A stretch of DNA of 64,000 nucleotides from Centroscyllium fabricii (GCA_051313645.2 JBNRSN020000008.1:191456001-191520000), one strand, 5' to 3'. Numbered from the stretch's first letter, positions 47,965 to 60,153 are shown. Notes: generated from the sequence alone by a model not told the origin. Numbers and translations: made by a program.

Positions 47965-48127
47965 CAGGTCCGACACCGTTACTCTGGCACCGTCGGGACC
48001 AGGCCGGTGGAGTGAAAAATCCGAATGACTGAAGCTTCGGCGAGCGCATGCACAGACCATTCAAATTGGCTGCCGCGCATGCGCAAACCATTCAAAACAG
48101 CCGCCACGCACACCGGTGTCGGACCTG
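47965..48127. mobile_element. Mini pogo/Tigger-like MITE, or left part of a composite element ending at 48969
   Basis: TA|CAGGTCCGACACCG...CGGTGTCGGACCTG, a perfect 14-bp TIR pair. Confidence 0.75.
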
Positions 48128-48807
48128 CACGTTGGTATTTACTCAACGTGTTGCCGACTACTGTACCAGCAAAATTCTGAGTGGAAGTGGAAGTTGGTTG
48201 GGGTAGTTCTTGCCCGTGTGGGATTAAGTGGCGTCTACATCCAAGTACTCATGTGCCTCTAGATTGTTCTGCATGTTGAAGAGTTTGGTTGGTTTAATAT
48301 ACAAAATAAGTAATTAATTTGCTTGAATTTGAATCCTGAACAATATGGTTTGTAAATCCGGGGCTACAGTATCGATGTTGCATTGTGCTGCACATCCCAC
48401 TGAAATGACAAACTGCCTCATGCTGCTTTGCATATTCAGTAGTACAATTAGTTATTGCAACACAGTAATTAGTTACGTTATCTTGCACAAAGGTAGTTTT
48501 AAAGACGGTTTGTCAGCATGTCCAGAATGTTGTTCAAGATGTGACCATTTGACCTTTATTCACATTCCCGTTTAATGTAGATATTGCTTTTGGATTGCCT
48601 AAACATTTGTATTTGTTTTGTGAAAGCCCACAACTGAAATTATAAGACTAGGTCTATTTATAATTTTTTTAAAGATAGTAACCTGAACAATACGAAGTAG
48701 TGAAAGGTCAAATTTAACTTCTTTCTTTAACTTTTTACAGAAATTGTGGACTTCCTGCATGAGCAAATAATTCCACAACTGGAAGCACTGCTACGGAAAG
48801 AAAAGGT

Positions 48808-48969
48808 CCACCAATCGGGGAGAGGCCCGGGCATGCGCAGCCAATCAGAGGCGCGGTGGCCATTTTGAATGGGATGCGCATGCGCAGACCAGTCGGGGAG
48901 AGGCCCAGATCATGCAGGACAACTGAAGTTTCCGGATTAACGGTGTCCGGATTAACGGTGCCGAACCTG
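48808..48969. mobile_element. pogo/Tigger-like MITE terminal fragment
   Basis: Ends CCGGATTAACGGTGCCGAACCTG; reverse complement of the start of the 27250 copy. Confidence 0.75.
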
Positions 48970-49435
48970 TCGGCAGAATCCCACAACAGAAATAGAATTC
49001 TCACAAAGGAAAAGGGAGACTCTTCCCCAAACACAGCTTCCCAAGTGATTACAGGACGCACGTAGCACCTCATGCGGATCTGGCCCATTCAAGCAGACAG
49101 CTCTCGGGTTCAGCTCCCAGCCAGTTTGGAGTTTGTTGATCCCAGTCAGGTCAGCATTAGGAGTGTGCGTCATTCAACTGGCCTCAGCAACCCCAGGAGT
49201 GGCAAGAGGCACTTGGATTTCCTCAACCGCAGATGTTGCTTTTTCCTTCCCCCATCAAACTTCCTCCTTCCTCAGTGTAACGGATGCCAATCACACTCCG
49301 GTGCTTCACTCAAGTGGCCATTCTCCACACGCGTCTGCACACCCGAGTGTTGGAAGGCTGCTTGATTGAGGAGGGGGCACCACCAGCATTTCCTAATCCT
49401 GCCCTCAACCCAATGTCCACACATGTACACTTTAC

Positions 49436-49872
49436 ATAGAATTACTTAGGAGAATACACAGCACAGAAACAGGCCATTCGGCTCAACCAGTCCATGGCGG
49501 CCTTTATGCTCCATTCAAGCCTCCTCCCATCTTTCCTCATCTAACTATCAGCTTAACCCTCTATTCCCTTCTCCCTCATATGCTTGTCCAGCCTCCCCTT
49601 AAATGCATCGATACTATTCACCTCAACCACTCCCTGTGGTAGCGAGTTCCACATTCTCACCACTCTCCGGGTAAAGAAGTGTCTCCTGAATTTCCTGTTT
49701 GATTTCTTGGTGACTATCTTATATTGATGGCCTCTAGTTTTGCTCTTCCTCACAAGTGGAAACACTCTCTCTGTCCACTCTATCAAAACCTTTCAAAATT
49801 TTAAAGACCTCTATTAGGTTACCCTTCAGCCTTGCCTTTTCTAGAGAAAAGAGACCCAGCCTGATCATCCTT
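49436..49872 (-). mobile_element. CR1 LINE 3' fragment
   Basis: ORF 49553..49786 contains KTRGHQYKI..RRHFFTRRVVRMWNSLPQGVVE. Confidence 0.85.
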
Positions 49873-50106
49873 CTAACAAGAGTTGGCAGTTAGTAACCAG
49901 GAACAGAGATCCCAAAGCCAAAATATAGCAGCACAGGCCCGGCTTGAATCAGTGAACTCAGCACAGACTGAGGCAGGGAAAGAACCTTCCTGGTCTGCAT
50001 GGCTTAGTTCCACACAAGAAAGTAGATTTCTCAAACGAGTCACAGGGAAGCTAATGAGTGAATTCCCAGCATTAAATAATGTAAAGCAGGGTAGTTTAAA
50101 CTAAGT

Positions 50107-50109
<3 letters not shown>

Positions 50110-50165
<56 letters not shown>
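50110..50165. repeat. (TG)n microsatellite followed by a poly-G run
   Basis: Directly visible. Confidence 0.95.
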
Positions 50166-50167
<2 letters not shown>

Positions 50168-50312
50168 CTGCAGTTCCTTGGCTTTAACAGTAAAGCACTC
50201 CGAAAACTCCAGCAACACCTGCAAAATATGTCCAAAAATCTCCATGGAATACAGACACCTGACAGGTGGTAGATCTTCTGGAAATGCCTGGAGCAATGTA
50301 ATTATTGTCATA

Positions 50313-50781
50313 CAGGTTGAAGTTCGTTAATCTGGCACCCGAAAAACTGGCAACTTCGAACGTCCGGCAATAATTTCCCCGACTGCCCTGCGCATGCGCA
50401 AAATGGCCACCGCGATCGATGCTTCGCCGAATGATCTGCGCATGCGCCGCCAAACGGCGAGCACATGCGCAGATCATTCACAATGGCCGAGCCAATCCCG
50501 AGCCGAGCCTGGCCGCTGCGAGCCTCTCCGAGCCTGGCGGCTGCGAGCCTCCCCAAGCCTGGCCGCTGCGAGCCTCCCCGAGCCTGCGCGCGGCGAGCCT
50601 CCCCAAGCCTGGCCTCCCCGATCAGCGCATGCGCAGACCACTCAAAATGGCCGCCGGCCTTTCGCGACGGCCATTTTGTATGGTCTGCGCATGCGCTCAC
50701 CGAAACTTCAATCGTTCGGGATTTTCACTTGTCCGGTACGGGCCTGGTCCCACCCGTGTCGGATTAACGAACTTCAACCTG
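50313..50781. mobile_element. pogo/Tigger-like MITE
   Basis: Perfect 20-bp TIRs CAGGTTGAAGTTCGTTAATC with TA on both sides; internal CGAGCCT repeats. Confidence 0.92.
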
Positions 50782-51309
50782 TAATAAGATTCATCCAGCC
50801 CTGAGGTGCTTGACAAACATTCTTTAGCACTCTTTTATTACCTACTTCCCTCTCATTTTTACAAACACCTATGCTTAATTTAGTTTCCCCCCTCCTCATT
50901 ATCTTTGCCAGTTTCTGTCCCTCCCCTCCAATAGAATATTCCATCTTTTTGGGGGTGGGAGTGAAAAAGAATCACGGTCAACCCTGTCCTCACCTAATTT
51001 CTACACTCATACCTCCAGCAAAGGGTGAGGTAATATATAGCAATTGACAACTCCGGACAGTTTATTGCCCAGGGACATGGCCAACTGCTGCTCCCGCGAA
51101 CTCAGAGCAGACTGCAGATCAAACCGAGGACCTTCCTGGGTTTAATGACTCAGTTATTCACTGATTTAACCAGCAAAACCGTGACATTCAATAGCAAGGG
51201 TCAAGCAGCTGCCCTCCAGCAACCATTCTTCATGAGTTGGCCCAGGGTTTGTGGGAAGGCAGGTGGGATAGAAAGAAATCACACCCAAGCCTGGTTCTGC
51301 CTTGGTTGA

Positions 51310-51708
51310 TTTAAAAATGATCATCCTTGTTTTCAAATCCCTCCATGGCCTCGCCCCTCCCTAGCTCTGTAACTTCCTCCAGCCCTAGAACCCTCCGAGA
51401 TATCTGCGCTCCTCTAATCCGGTCCTCTTGCGCATTCCTGATTTTAGTCACTCAATCATTGGCGGCTGTGCCTTCAGCTGCCGATGGCCTAAGCTCTGGA
51501 ACTCCCTCCTAAACCTCTCCGCCCTCTACTTCTATCTCCTCCTTTAAGACACTCCTTAAAGCCGACCTCTTGGACCAAGCTTTTGGTCATCTGCCCCAAT
51601 ATCTCCTTATGTGGCTCGGTGTAAAACTGTATTTGATAACGTTCCTGTGAAGCGCCTTGGGATGTTTTAACTACATTAAAGGCGCTATGTAAATGTAAGT
51701 TGTTGTTG
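51310..51708 (+). mobile_element. L2 LINE 3' end
   Basis: TTTTCAAATCCCTCCATGGCCTCGCCCC...AAAGGCGCTATGTAAATGTAAGTTGTTGTTG. Confidence 0.85.
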
Positions 51709-52087
51709 TCTATCGCGCACACACGTACACCTTCCGGCCGTGGTTAGTGATCAGGAGCAAGAACCCTTCGACTATGTAGCACCACCATCACTGGCCTGGC
51801 TGAGATCAACAAATGCAGCACAGACCAGGGCAGGGGATTGGCGTTTTGCAACTATTCCTTAATGCAGAAAGTAAGCTGGTGAAATGCACATAGCCCGCGA
51901 TGCCTGCAGGCTTTTTTGTGCCGCACACAGACTCCCAGAACCGCCAACAGTCTTTTCCCAAATCCTTTTACTGAAGGGCCCTGCTCATTCTCATATGCTC
52001 AGCAGTAAGCAGGCTTAACCTTTGGTACCAACAATATAGTTCTCCGTCTATATATGCTGTGTTTAAATGCAGCTCTCTTACACCTTC

Positions 52088-52165
52088 CCAAGGAGCAACG
52101 CTCCGAAAGCTTATGATTTCAAATAAAACTGTTGGACTATATATAACCTGGTGTTGTGTGACTTC
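52088..52165 (+). mobile_element. Penelope-like pLTR fragment with a partial hammerhead lacking the CUGA box
   Basis: AAGGAGCAACGCTCCGAAAGCTTATGATTTCAAATAAAACTGTTGGACTATA matches 40807-40880. Confidence 0.7.
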
Positions 52166-52679
52166 CAACAATTTAATAGCAAGTGCTGGCATTCGACTCT
52201 GGTGAGCCCCTGTCCCTCTCAAAAAGCAGCTTCCAGTGGCTAATTGGACAGGAGCCTCAGCTAAGCACTACATGAATATTATGCAGACCATTAAACACTG
52301 CGAAGGGCATGTAATGTCAAGTGAAAGAATGGGAAAGGATTACAGAACGAACAGAGCAGCATTCACAGCAAGCATAATCCATCAACAGAGCCCAACACCC
52401 ATGATCCCATCGCAACAGGGTGACTGCACAAGCTGAGGAACATGCATTTCTGCAACTACCTGGTGTTAGTATACGTAACTCCAGGAGCTTAACACAGCTA
52501 AAGTTCGGATTAATCAACCCTCTCCTCCCTCCCACTACCCGCCATTTGTAGACACATACACTTAACGTCGCAGTATGGTGGCCTTAGTCAGTGGAAAAAA
52601 GGGCACTTTTCTCCCCTCCTGCTGTGAAAGTGCCGATTCATTCCGTGGTCCTCCCATACCTCATTTCCGCTGGTTGCGG

Positions 52680-52948
52680 AGTCTCGAACTAGAGGGCATA
52701 GTCTAAAAATCAGAACCAGGAGTGAAATTGGGAAACATTTCTACAGGCAAAGGGTGGTAGAAGTTTGGAACTCTCTTCTGCAAGCAGCAATTGATGCTAG
52801 ATCAACTGTTAATTTTAAATCTGAGATTGATCGATTTTTTTATTAACTAAAGGTATTAAGGGATACGGGGCAATGGCGAGCATATGGAGTTAGGTCGCAG
52901 GTCAGCCGTGATCTCATTGAATGGCGGAGCAGGCTCGAGGAGCTAAAC
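52680..52948 (+). mobile_element. CR1 LINE 3' fragment
   Basis: GAACTAGAGGGCATAGTC...GATCTCATTGAATGGCGGAGCAGGCTCGAGG. Confidence 0.8.
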
Positions 52949-52949
52949 A

Positions 52950-54498
52950 GCTGAGCCCTGTCCTCTACTCCCTCTTCACCGTGATTGTGTGCCTGGCCAC
53001 GTCTACAACACCATCATCAAGTTCGCGGACGACACCACGGTGGTAGGCCTGATCACCAACAATGACGAGTCAGCCTACAGAGAAGAGATCCAACATCTTG
53101 TGACGTGGAGCGCTGACAACAATGGTGGGTGAGACTAGGACTAGGGGGCATAATCTTAAAATAAGGGGCTGCCATTTCAAAACTGAGATGAGGGGGAACT
53201 TCTTTACTCAGAGGGTGGTGGGGCTGTGGAATTTGCTGCCCCAGAGAGCTGTGGAAGCTACTACGTTGAATAAATTTAAAACTGAGATAGACAGTTTCCT
53301 GGAATTAAAGGGAATTAGGGGTTATGGTGAGCGGGCAGGTAAGTGGACGTGAGGCTAGGTTCAGATCGGCCATGTGATCTCCTGGACCAGTTTTCGATCG
53401 CCTAGATGGGTCGGAGAGGAATTTTCCTGATTTTTTTCTCACAAATTGGCTACTGGGTTTTTTAATCTGGTTTTTCGCCTCTCCCAGGTGATCACATGGG
53501 TCTGGGCAGGGTGGAGAGTAAAAATAAAATTGAGGTTAGGATCAGATCAGCCATGATCTCGTTGAATGGCGGAGCAGGCTCGAAGGGCCGATTGGCCTAC
53601 TCCTGCTCCTATTTCTTATGTTCTTAACAACCTATCCCTCAACACCAAGACCACCAAGGAGCTCATTGTGGACTTCAGGAAGTCCAGAGGCGGCAGCAGG
53701 CACACCCCCCCCCCCACCCCCCGCCCGCATCTACATCAATGGGGCTGAGGTGGAAAGGGTCTGCAGCTTCAAGTTCCTGGGCATCCACATCACAGAGGAC
53801 TTCTCATGGTCCCTCAACTCATCCTTTTTAGTGAAGAAAGCTCAGCAGCGCCTACACTTCCTGCGGAGACTGAAGATAGTTAACCTGTCCTCCCAGCTTC
53901 TCCCCAACTCCTGCCGCGGCACAATAGAAAGCATCCTGACGAACTGCATCACGGTGTGGTATGGCAGGTGCTCCACCTCAGACAGGAAAGCCCTTGCAGC
54001 GAGTAGTCAAAAACTGTCCAGTACATCACCGGCACCCAGCTACCTGCCATTCAGGACATTTACCAGAAATGTTGCCTGCGGAGACCACTCAGCATCACCA
54101 GGGACCCCACCCATCTCAGCCACAGACTGTTTGCCCCCCTGCCATCTGGGAGGCGCTACAGATGCATTCGAACTCGCACGACCAGGCTCAGGAGCAGATT
54201 CTTCCCTAGGGCTGTTATCCAGCTGAACTCGGTCACTCACCACTAACACTGCCTACCATCGGCAAACCCCTTCCCCCCCCCCCACCCCCTGCACTATCCG
54301 CCCATTTGCACCCCAGCCCTTGCTCATCTGCTCTTTGAACTGCTATTTGCACTCTTTATTTATTTATTATATATTTATAACTCTGTATACTTTGTGACTT
54401 AATGACTGTTACGCTGTGTCTTGGGAGCTTGCGAGCTCACTTTTCGTTGTGCTGTGCTTGTGGACTGTGCAATGACAATAAAATTGAATTGAATTGAA
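52950..54498 (+). mobile_element. Rex1/Babar LINE RT and 3' end, interrupted by a CR1 fragment
   Basis: LSPVLYSLFTRDC..IIKFADDTTVVGLITNNDESAYREEI, LNTKTTKELIVDFRK, VERVCSFKFLGIHI, KKAQQRLHFLRRLK; (TTGAA)n tail. Confidence 0.9.
53122..53625 (+). mobile_element. CR1 LINE 3' fragment nested in Rex1
   Basis: ETRTRGHNLKIRG..RGNFFTQRVVGLWNLLP; AACAA occurs at both junctions. Confidence 0.85.
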
Positions 54499-54767
54499 TG
54501 TTGCTCATCCTAATGAACTGTTTTCATGCATGGGCATGACTGTCAGCAAGAGAACTGTCCACTGGGGTCACTGCAGATGACCTCCATGCAGTCCTCAGTG
54601 GATGTGCACAAAGGCATACCTTTCAGCACAAGTGGCCAAAGATCAGAACTGGCGAGTATTTTCCCTCTCCCCTAATCCAGCGGTGCCAAGGCCAAGTGCA
54701 GCTCTCCTACAGCCAGCCCCCACTGACATCAGCTCACTCAACACCGACTAAGGGTCAAACCTGAAGC

Positions 54768-55113
54768 GTATGAAGTTCTTAAGAATGCTTGACAGGGTAG
54801 ATGCAGGGAGGGTGTTTCCCCTGGCTGGGGGGTCTAGAACTAGGGGTCACAATCTTAGAATAAGGGGTCGGCCATTTCGGACTGAGAGGAGGAGAAATTT
54901 TTCCACTTGGAGGGTGGTAAACCTTTGGAATTCTCTACCCCAGAGGGCTGTGAAGACTCAGTTGTTGGGTATATTCAAGACAGAGATCGATAGATTTTTG
55001 GATACTAGGGAATCAAGGGATATGGGGATAGTGCAGGAAAATGGAGTTCATGTAGAAGTTCAGCAGGCTTGAGGGCCGCATGGCCTGATCCTGCTCCTGC
55101 TCCTAATTCTTAT
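54768..55113 (+). mobile_element. CR1 LINE 3' fragment
   Basis: ORF 54770..55072 encodes the CR1 C-terminus. Confidence 0.85.
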
Positions 55114-55949
55114 AGCTTATCTGTTTCATGAGTGAAGCATACAGAAGTTGTAATAAATTAACTTAAATTAATTGAACTGTGCCTTGATTCCTCTCAGAAA
55201 CCGCCAGTTCACGTATAGTCTCACATATTCTCACTTATTCACCTGTTACAGGAAAAATTTTGCCATATGGTTTCAGCTCTTGTTAAATTCTAGTGTATAG
55301 GTCTCACCCTTCTGGAGGTTTCAAACTCCAGATATGCTTTACAAAGCAGAATTTGTTTTAAATAAAAGGTAACACGTCAACACCAGCAGGTAAAACAAAA
55401 ATGACGGCCAATGTTGAAAACTGAAGAGAAAATGCTGGAAATACACAACTGATCCATCAGCATCTAAAAAGTTAAAATAAAATGAGTTAACATTTCTGGT
55501 TACAAAACTGACAGAAGGGTCTGCACCGGAAATACTAAACCATCGCTCTTCAATAAAGTAACAAGGGCTGCTAGTTACACGGCATTGTGGCTTATATGCT
55601 GAATTGTATGGTAATTACTCATCAATAAATTCCCTCTCAGTTATTACATTCCTGTCTCAGTGCCATATGGTAATGTGGAAAGTTGTCCTCCATGTTTGTA
55701 CTTGCCGCTTCGAGTCTTGCTCAAGATATGACTGGGTGCCACTGGGTAACCATGGCAACAGCCTCACCATACATTTGCAATACAGCATGACAAGGTGTTA
55801 ATCCGTGCTGAACCTCAATATCCTGTTTCAGCATAGTGTATGTAACTGGTCCCAAGTAGTGTCTTAACAGTTATATCGTACAGGAACGCCTGGAATTAAC
55901 GCCAATGATTAAATGTTCTAAATGGGGCATTAAACCAATGATAATACAA

Positions 55950-56595
55950 CTACAACAACTTGTATTTATATAGCACCTTTAACGTCATAAAACGACCCAT
56001 GGTGCTTGACAGGAGCATTATCGGACAAAATTTGACACCGAGCCACATAAGGAGATATTAGGGCAGATATCCAAAAGCTTGGTCAGAGGTAGTCTTTAAA
56101 GAGCACCTCAAAGGAGGAGAGGTAGAGAGGCGGAAAGGTTTAGGGAGGGAGTTCCAGAGCTTAGGGTCTTGGCAGCTGAAGGCACGGCCGCCAATGGTGG
56201 AGTGATTAAAATTAGGGATGCACAACATGTCAAAATTGGAGGAGCGCAGAGATCTCTGAGGGTTGTAGGGCTGGAAGAGGTAACAGAGACAGGGAGGGGC
56301 GAGGCCAGGGAGGATTTGTAAACAAAGATGAGAATTTTTAAATTGAGGAGTTTCTTAACCGGGAGCCAGTGTCGGTCAGGGAGCACAGGGGTGGTGGGTG
56401 AACAGGACTTGGTGCGAGTTAGGACACGGGCAGCAGAGTTTTGGATGACCTCATATTTACAGGGGGTAGAATGTAGGAGGCCAGCCAGGAGTACGTCGGA
56501 ATCGTCAAGTCTAAAGGTAACAAGGCATGGATGAGGGCTTCAGCGGAAGAGCTGAGGCAAGGGCGGAGTTGGGTGATCTTATGGAGGTGGAAATA
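55950..56595 (-). mobile_element. L2 LINE 3' fragment
   Basis: Closely similar to 45538-46180. Confidence 0.85.
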
Positions 56596-57040
56596 AAGCA
56601 AACAGTAGCCAATGTCTGCCAGGAACAAGGGTAGTGAAACAAAATGAGGACTTTGCTTCACTGATTTCCACAAAAAACCGGCACAGAGCCATCATTATCA
56701 CATTGAGTGCTGAGCCGAATAATAGCCAGTGCCGTATTGATCATCAGTGCCCATTGGCATGGATCTCAACACCCTGCACCAGAAATACCAGCATCCTACT
56801 GAGGGCCAGCAACAGTTTGCACCAGTGTTTACGAAAACACGAAAGCGAGAGCTGTAAGTTGTGCCACACCTCTGAGTCAAAAAGCAGAAACTGAACAAAT
56901 GAATACAGACCATGGGCTAACAGTAAGGTCAGAACCAACTAGGTAGACTCAGAAATAGCAAACTGTTTCTGAAGGGCACTGGAACCTTTATTTCCTGTAA
57001 TTTGCAGGTTGAGCACTTCTTTTTCATCAACAGAGAGTGT

Positions 57041-57120
57041 ATCGATGAACAATCAATGCAACATCTGGAGCTGATGTGGCATCGATGAACAATCAATGCA
57101 ACATCTGGAGCCGATGTGGC
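57041..57120. repeat. 40-bp tandem duplication with one mismatch
   Basis: ATCGATGAACAATCAATGCAACATCTGGAGC(T/C)GATGTGGC occurs twice. Confidence 0.95.
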
Positions 57121-57180
57121 ACTATGTGCACTAATGTCCTTACACATGCAAACCAAAGGAGTCTGATTGATAAGCTAATA

Positions 57181-57973
57181 CAGGTTGAACACCGTTATAC
57201 CGGCACGGGCGGGACCAGGCCCACCCCAGTATAGCGAAAAAAACAGAAGAACGAAACCGTCCAGCGCGCATGTGCGCACCATTCAAAATGGCCACGCGCA
57301 TGTGCCGCCAAACAAACAGGCAAACTGATTGTAGGAGTCGAGGATGCCCCCGGTGCAACATCAGATTCCAGAGAAATTGATTCTGCAATTGCCCATTTGT
57401 TCCACAGGTATTTCAAATCAGATACTCCTTCCTGCTCAATTCACGGGCAATTTAATCAGAACAATGTTGGTTCCATGAACTTTTGAGTTGGACTGGATTG
57501 TATTGAAAAATAGAAGAGAGATTTCATGATAGCTCTGTTAACTGTGGTGGTGCAGTTGGAGATTTGTCAGGTTACTTCCTGGACGCTTGTGTGCGTGAGG
57601 ATTTTTTTTTCGGGGGGGGGGGTTGAAATTTCTATTCTGCTTTTTGCAACTCGAGAGAGAGTGACGAAAACTCGTGACTGAGTTCCACTTTAAAATGGTT
57701 GACGCAGCAGATTATTGTAAACATTTTTTATTAGCAGCAGGGAAGTGGTGAGGCCAAATCGGCGACAAATGGGCAGCGTTGTGCTGACGAGAGGGGAATG
57801 GGCAGTGAGTAGTGAAACACTCCCTGAATGAGGAGGCAAAGGTCAGTCCAGCCGTTCGGCGGCGCATGCGCAGATCATTCGCCGAAGCATCAATCGCGGC
57901 GGCCATTTTGTGCATGCGCAGGGCAGTCGGGGCAATTTATGCCGGACGACTGAAGTTGCCGGTCTTCAACCTG
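57181..57973. mobile_element. pogo/Tigger-like element with about 540 bp of non-family internal sequence
   Basis: TA|CAGGTTGAACACCG...CTTCAACCTG|TA; the two ends correspond to the two different ends of the 50313 and 61123 copies. Confidence 0.7.
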
Positions 57974-58075
57974 TACAACAGTTATTGCTCTCTAATGAAA
58001 AACAGTGTCCAACACAACACAGGGTTGCAACCTATACTGCAAGATTGACCAATACGCCGGATCTGACCATACTTA

Positions 58076-58500
58076 CAGCCGTGGCTCAGTTAGTAGCACG
58101 CTCGCCTCTGGTTGTGGGTTCAAGTCCAAGGACTTGCGCACAAAAATCTAGGCTTAGACTCCAGTGCAGTGCTGAGGGAGTGATGCACTGTCGGAGGTGC
58201 CGTCTTTCAGATGAGACATTAAACCGAGGCCCCGTCTGCTCTCTCAGGTGGACATAAAATATCCTATGGCACTATTTCGAAGAAGGGCAGGGGAGTTATC
58301 CCCAGTGTCCTAACCAATATTTATCCCTCAATCAACATCATTAAAACAGATTATCTGGTCATTATCACATTTGCTGTGTGCAAATTGGCTGCTGCTAACA
58401 GTGACTACATTTTTTTTTAAGTACTTCATTGGCTGTAAAGGGCTTTGGGATGTCTGGTGGTCATGAAAGGTGCTATAGAAATGCAAGTCTTTCTTTCTTT
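58076..58500 (+). mobile_element. Deu-SINE (SacSINE1-like)
   Basis: A and B boxes (TGGCTCAGTTAG, GGTTCAAGTCC), Deu domain GTCGGAGGTGCCGTCTTTCAGATGAGAC and an L2-like tail. Confidence 0.85.
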
Positions 58501-59117
58501 AATAGATTCACAAATTACAAGAATGACTGCTATTTCAAAGAGTCGGCACAGGCACAACGGGCCGAATGGCCTCCTTCTGTGCTGTAAGTAGCTTTGATTC
58601 TAAATTGCCTTTTTACTGACAATTTAAAAATGTTGAATAAATCTTCACAATGTCCCACTGACTTACAGCCCTGCTCTGGTGTGGAGGCTGATAATTCATA
58701 GTTACTACTGGTAAAACAGTGCCTACTTATTTTCATAACGATAAGATTCTCGGAGAATACTGCTCACAGGGAGCGCCAGTTGGGAAATCGTAGGAGCACA
58801 GTGTGTGATTTTCCGTGGGCATAAAATCACAGTTACGTGTCTACAATTCCACAAGATGTGTTCCCTGGGGTCCCCACATCCTGTCGGGAGGGAGTGCCAA
58901 TTCACAGAATCACCCCTTCATTCTCGGCCGCTTTTTCCAAGTCGCTATATATACCACCTTAACCCAACACCATTGCACTTAAAGAATGGCAGCAGTTCAA
59001 GAAGGCAGCCTGCCACTACTTTCCACAAGTGGCCAGGGATGGACAATAAATATGGTATTATGATGTGATGAAATATAAAACTACATACACCAAGAAAATC
59101 GAATATGGGTCCATTAC

Positions 59118-59338
59118 CCTTGGTAAGAAAACCTTCGGCGCAAGTACAAGTATAAATGTTTTTGTAGATACATAAGAATTCTCATTTCTGGCATGGCAAG
59201 TATAGCTAGTTTCCTCCTCAATTATTTGCTCTTGAACAGGATAGGTTTGAGAGATCGCAGATGATTCAAACGGCAACTTTTTAACCTCGTAGCAGTCAAA
59301 CCCAACATTTGCGTTCCATTTTTTGAAAAACTCACCAC
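59118..59338 (-). CDS. Candidate exon with an Ig-like C-terminal motif
   Basis: Acceptor TTGGCTCTTTAG|G, then an open frame containing EEETSYTCHARNENSYVSTKTFILV (YxCxAxN). The donor is uncertain. Confidence 0.3.
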
Positions 59339-59478
59339 CTAAAGAGCCAACAAACTTAGAACTCATCAAGAAACCATTGCCTTAGCATTGAATTCCCCAG
59401 CCGGAGGACAACTTGAACTTGAAGTGTGCAAGGTCCCCTCAACAAAAGTCATCAGAAACAACTGCTTTCCCTCTTTTA

Positions 59479-60153
59479 GGCTTTGATAATAATGGGGAAG
59501 CGGGAATGGAGCGGGGGCGGAAAGGAGAATTTGGCAGCTGGGAAAACCAGAAGTATAGAATTCCCAGAGGTCCTGACGACTTTAACAGCAGGATCTGATT
59601 TGAATTTTACGAAATGGTTTCCCGGGCGCAGCCAGATAGAGTCTGTCCATCTGTCGGGCAGATAGACAGCTGTGTAAGGGAGCGGCGGAGAGTTGGACAG
59701 CAGGTGTCGAAAATCAGGGGTCCGATCATGGGGGGGTGGGCCGATCTAGGGGGGTCGGATCGTGAGGTTGTTTACAGGATGACTTGAGGGGTCGGGGGGG
59801 CGGGGGAACGCACGCCTGCTCCTCCTGGCCCACAAGCAGTGCTGAAACGCCACTTACCTGGTCCACCCAGCCGTTCTCGCCTCCCTTCATTTGCCGGATT
59901 TCCAGAGGCCAAGAAAACTCAGCCCCTAGGAGTTAAAAGTGAAACAGGTTAAATTTTCAGGCACACAGCCTCAGTAAAATATTTTAAGAACGGACCTGCA
60001 TCCAGACAGCAGGTTGGTCGTGACCCCACCACCCCCCAAAACCAGCTTCCGTTAAAACCGGAAGTGGACGCGTTGGAGTTGGGTTGGGGTCAGGTTTGCC
60101 ATTGTTTTATTTTGAACACCGCACCCGCCTCTCCTTGGGGTTATACTTCCCCC
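59479..60153. mobile_element. Old GC-rich non-autonomous DNA element (putative Harbinger-type)
   Basis: General similarity to 8879-9404 (GGGAAA.CC.GAAGTA) and an internal CACTTACCTG; ends unclear. Confidence 0.35.

Noticed and set aside
50308-50804. Overlapping Arg/Ala-rich ORFs in several frames (also at 27.2-27.8 kb and 61.1-61.7 kb)
   Set aside because: GC-rich, stop-poor MITE interiors with no transposase motifs
55405-55550. Additional hammerhead in a degenerate Penelope-like remnant
   Set aside because: The core boxes and helices are too decayed (CTGACAGAAGG...GGAAATAC) to call
56700-56875. Minus-strand exon after a strong pyrimidine tract
   Set aside because: No convincing donor and no recognisable peptide in any frame
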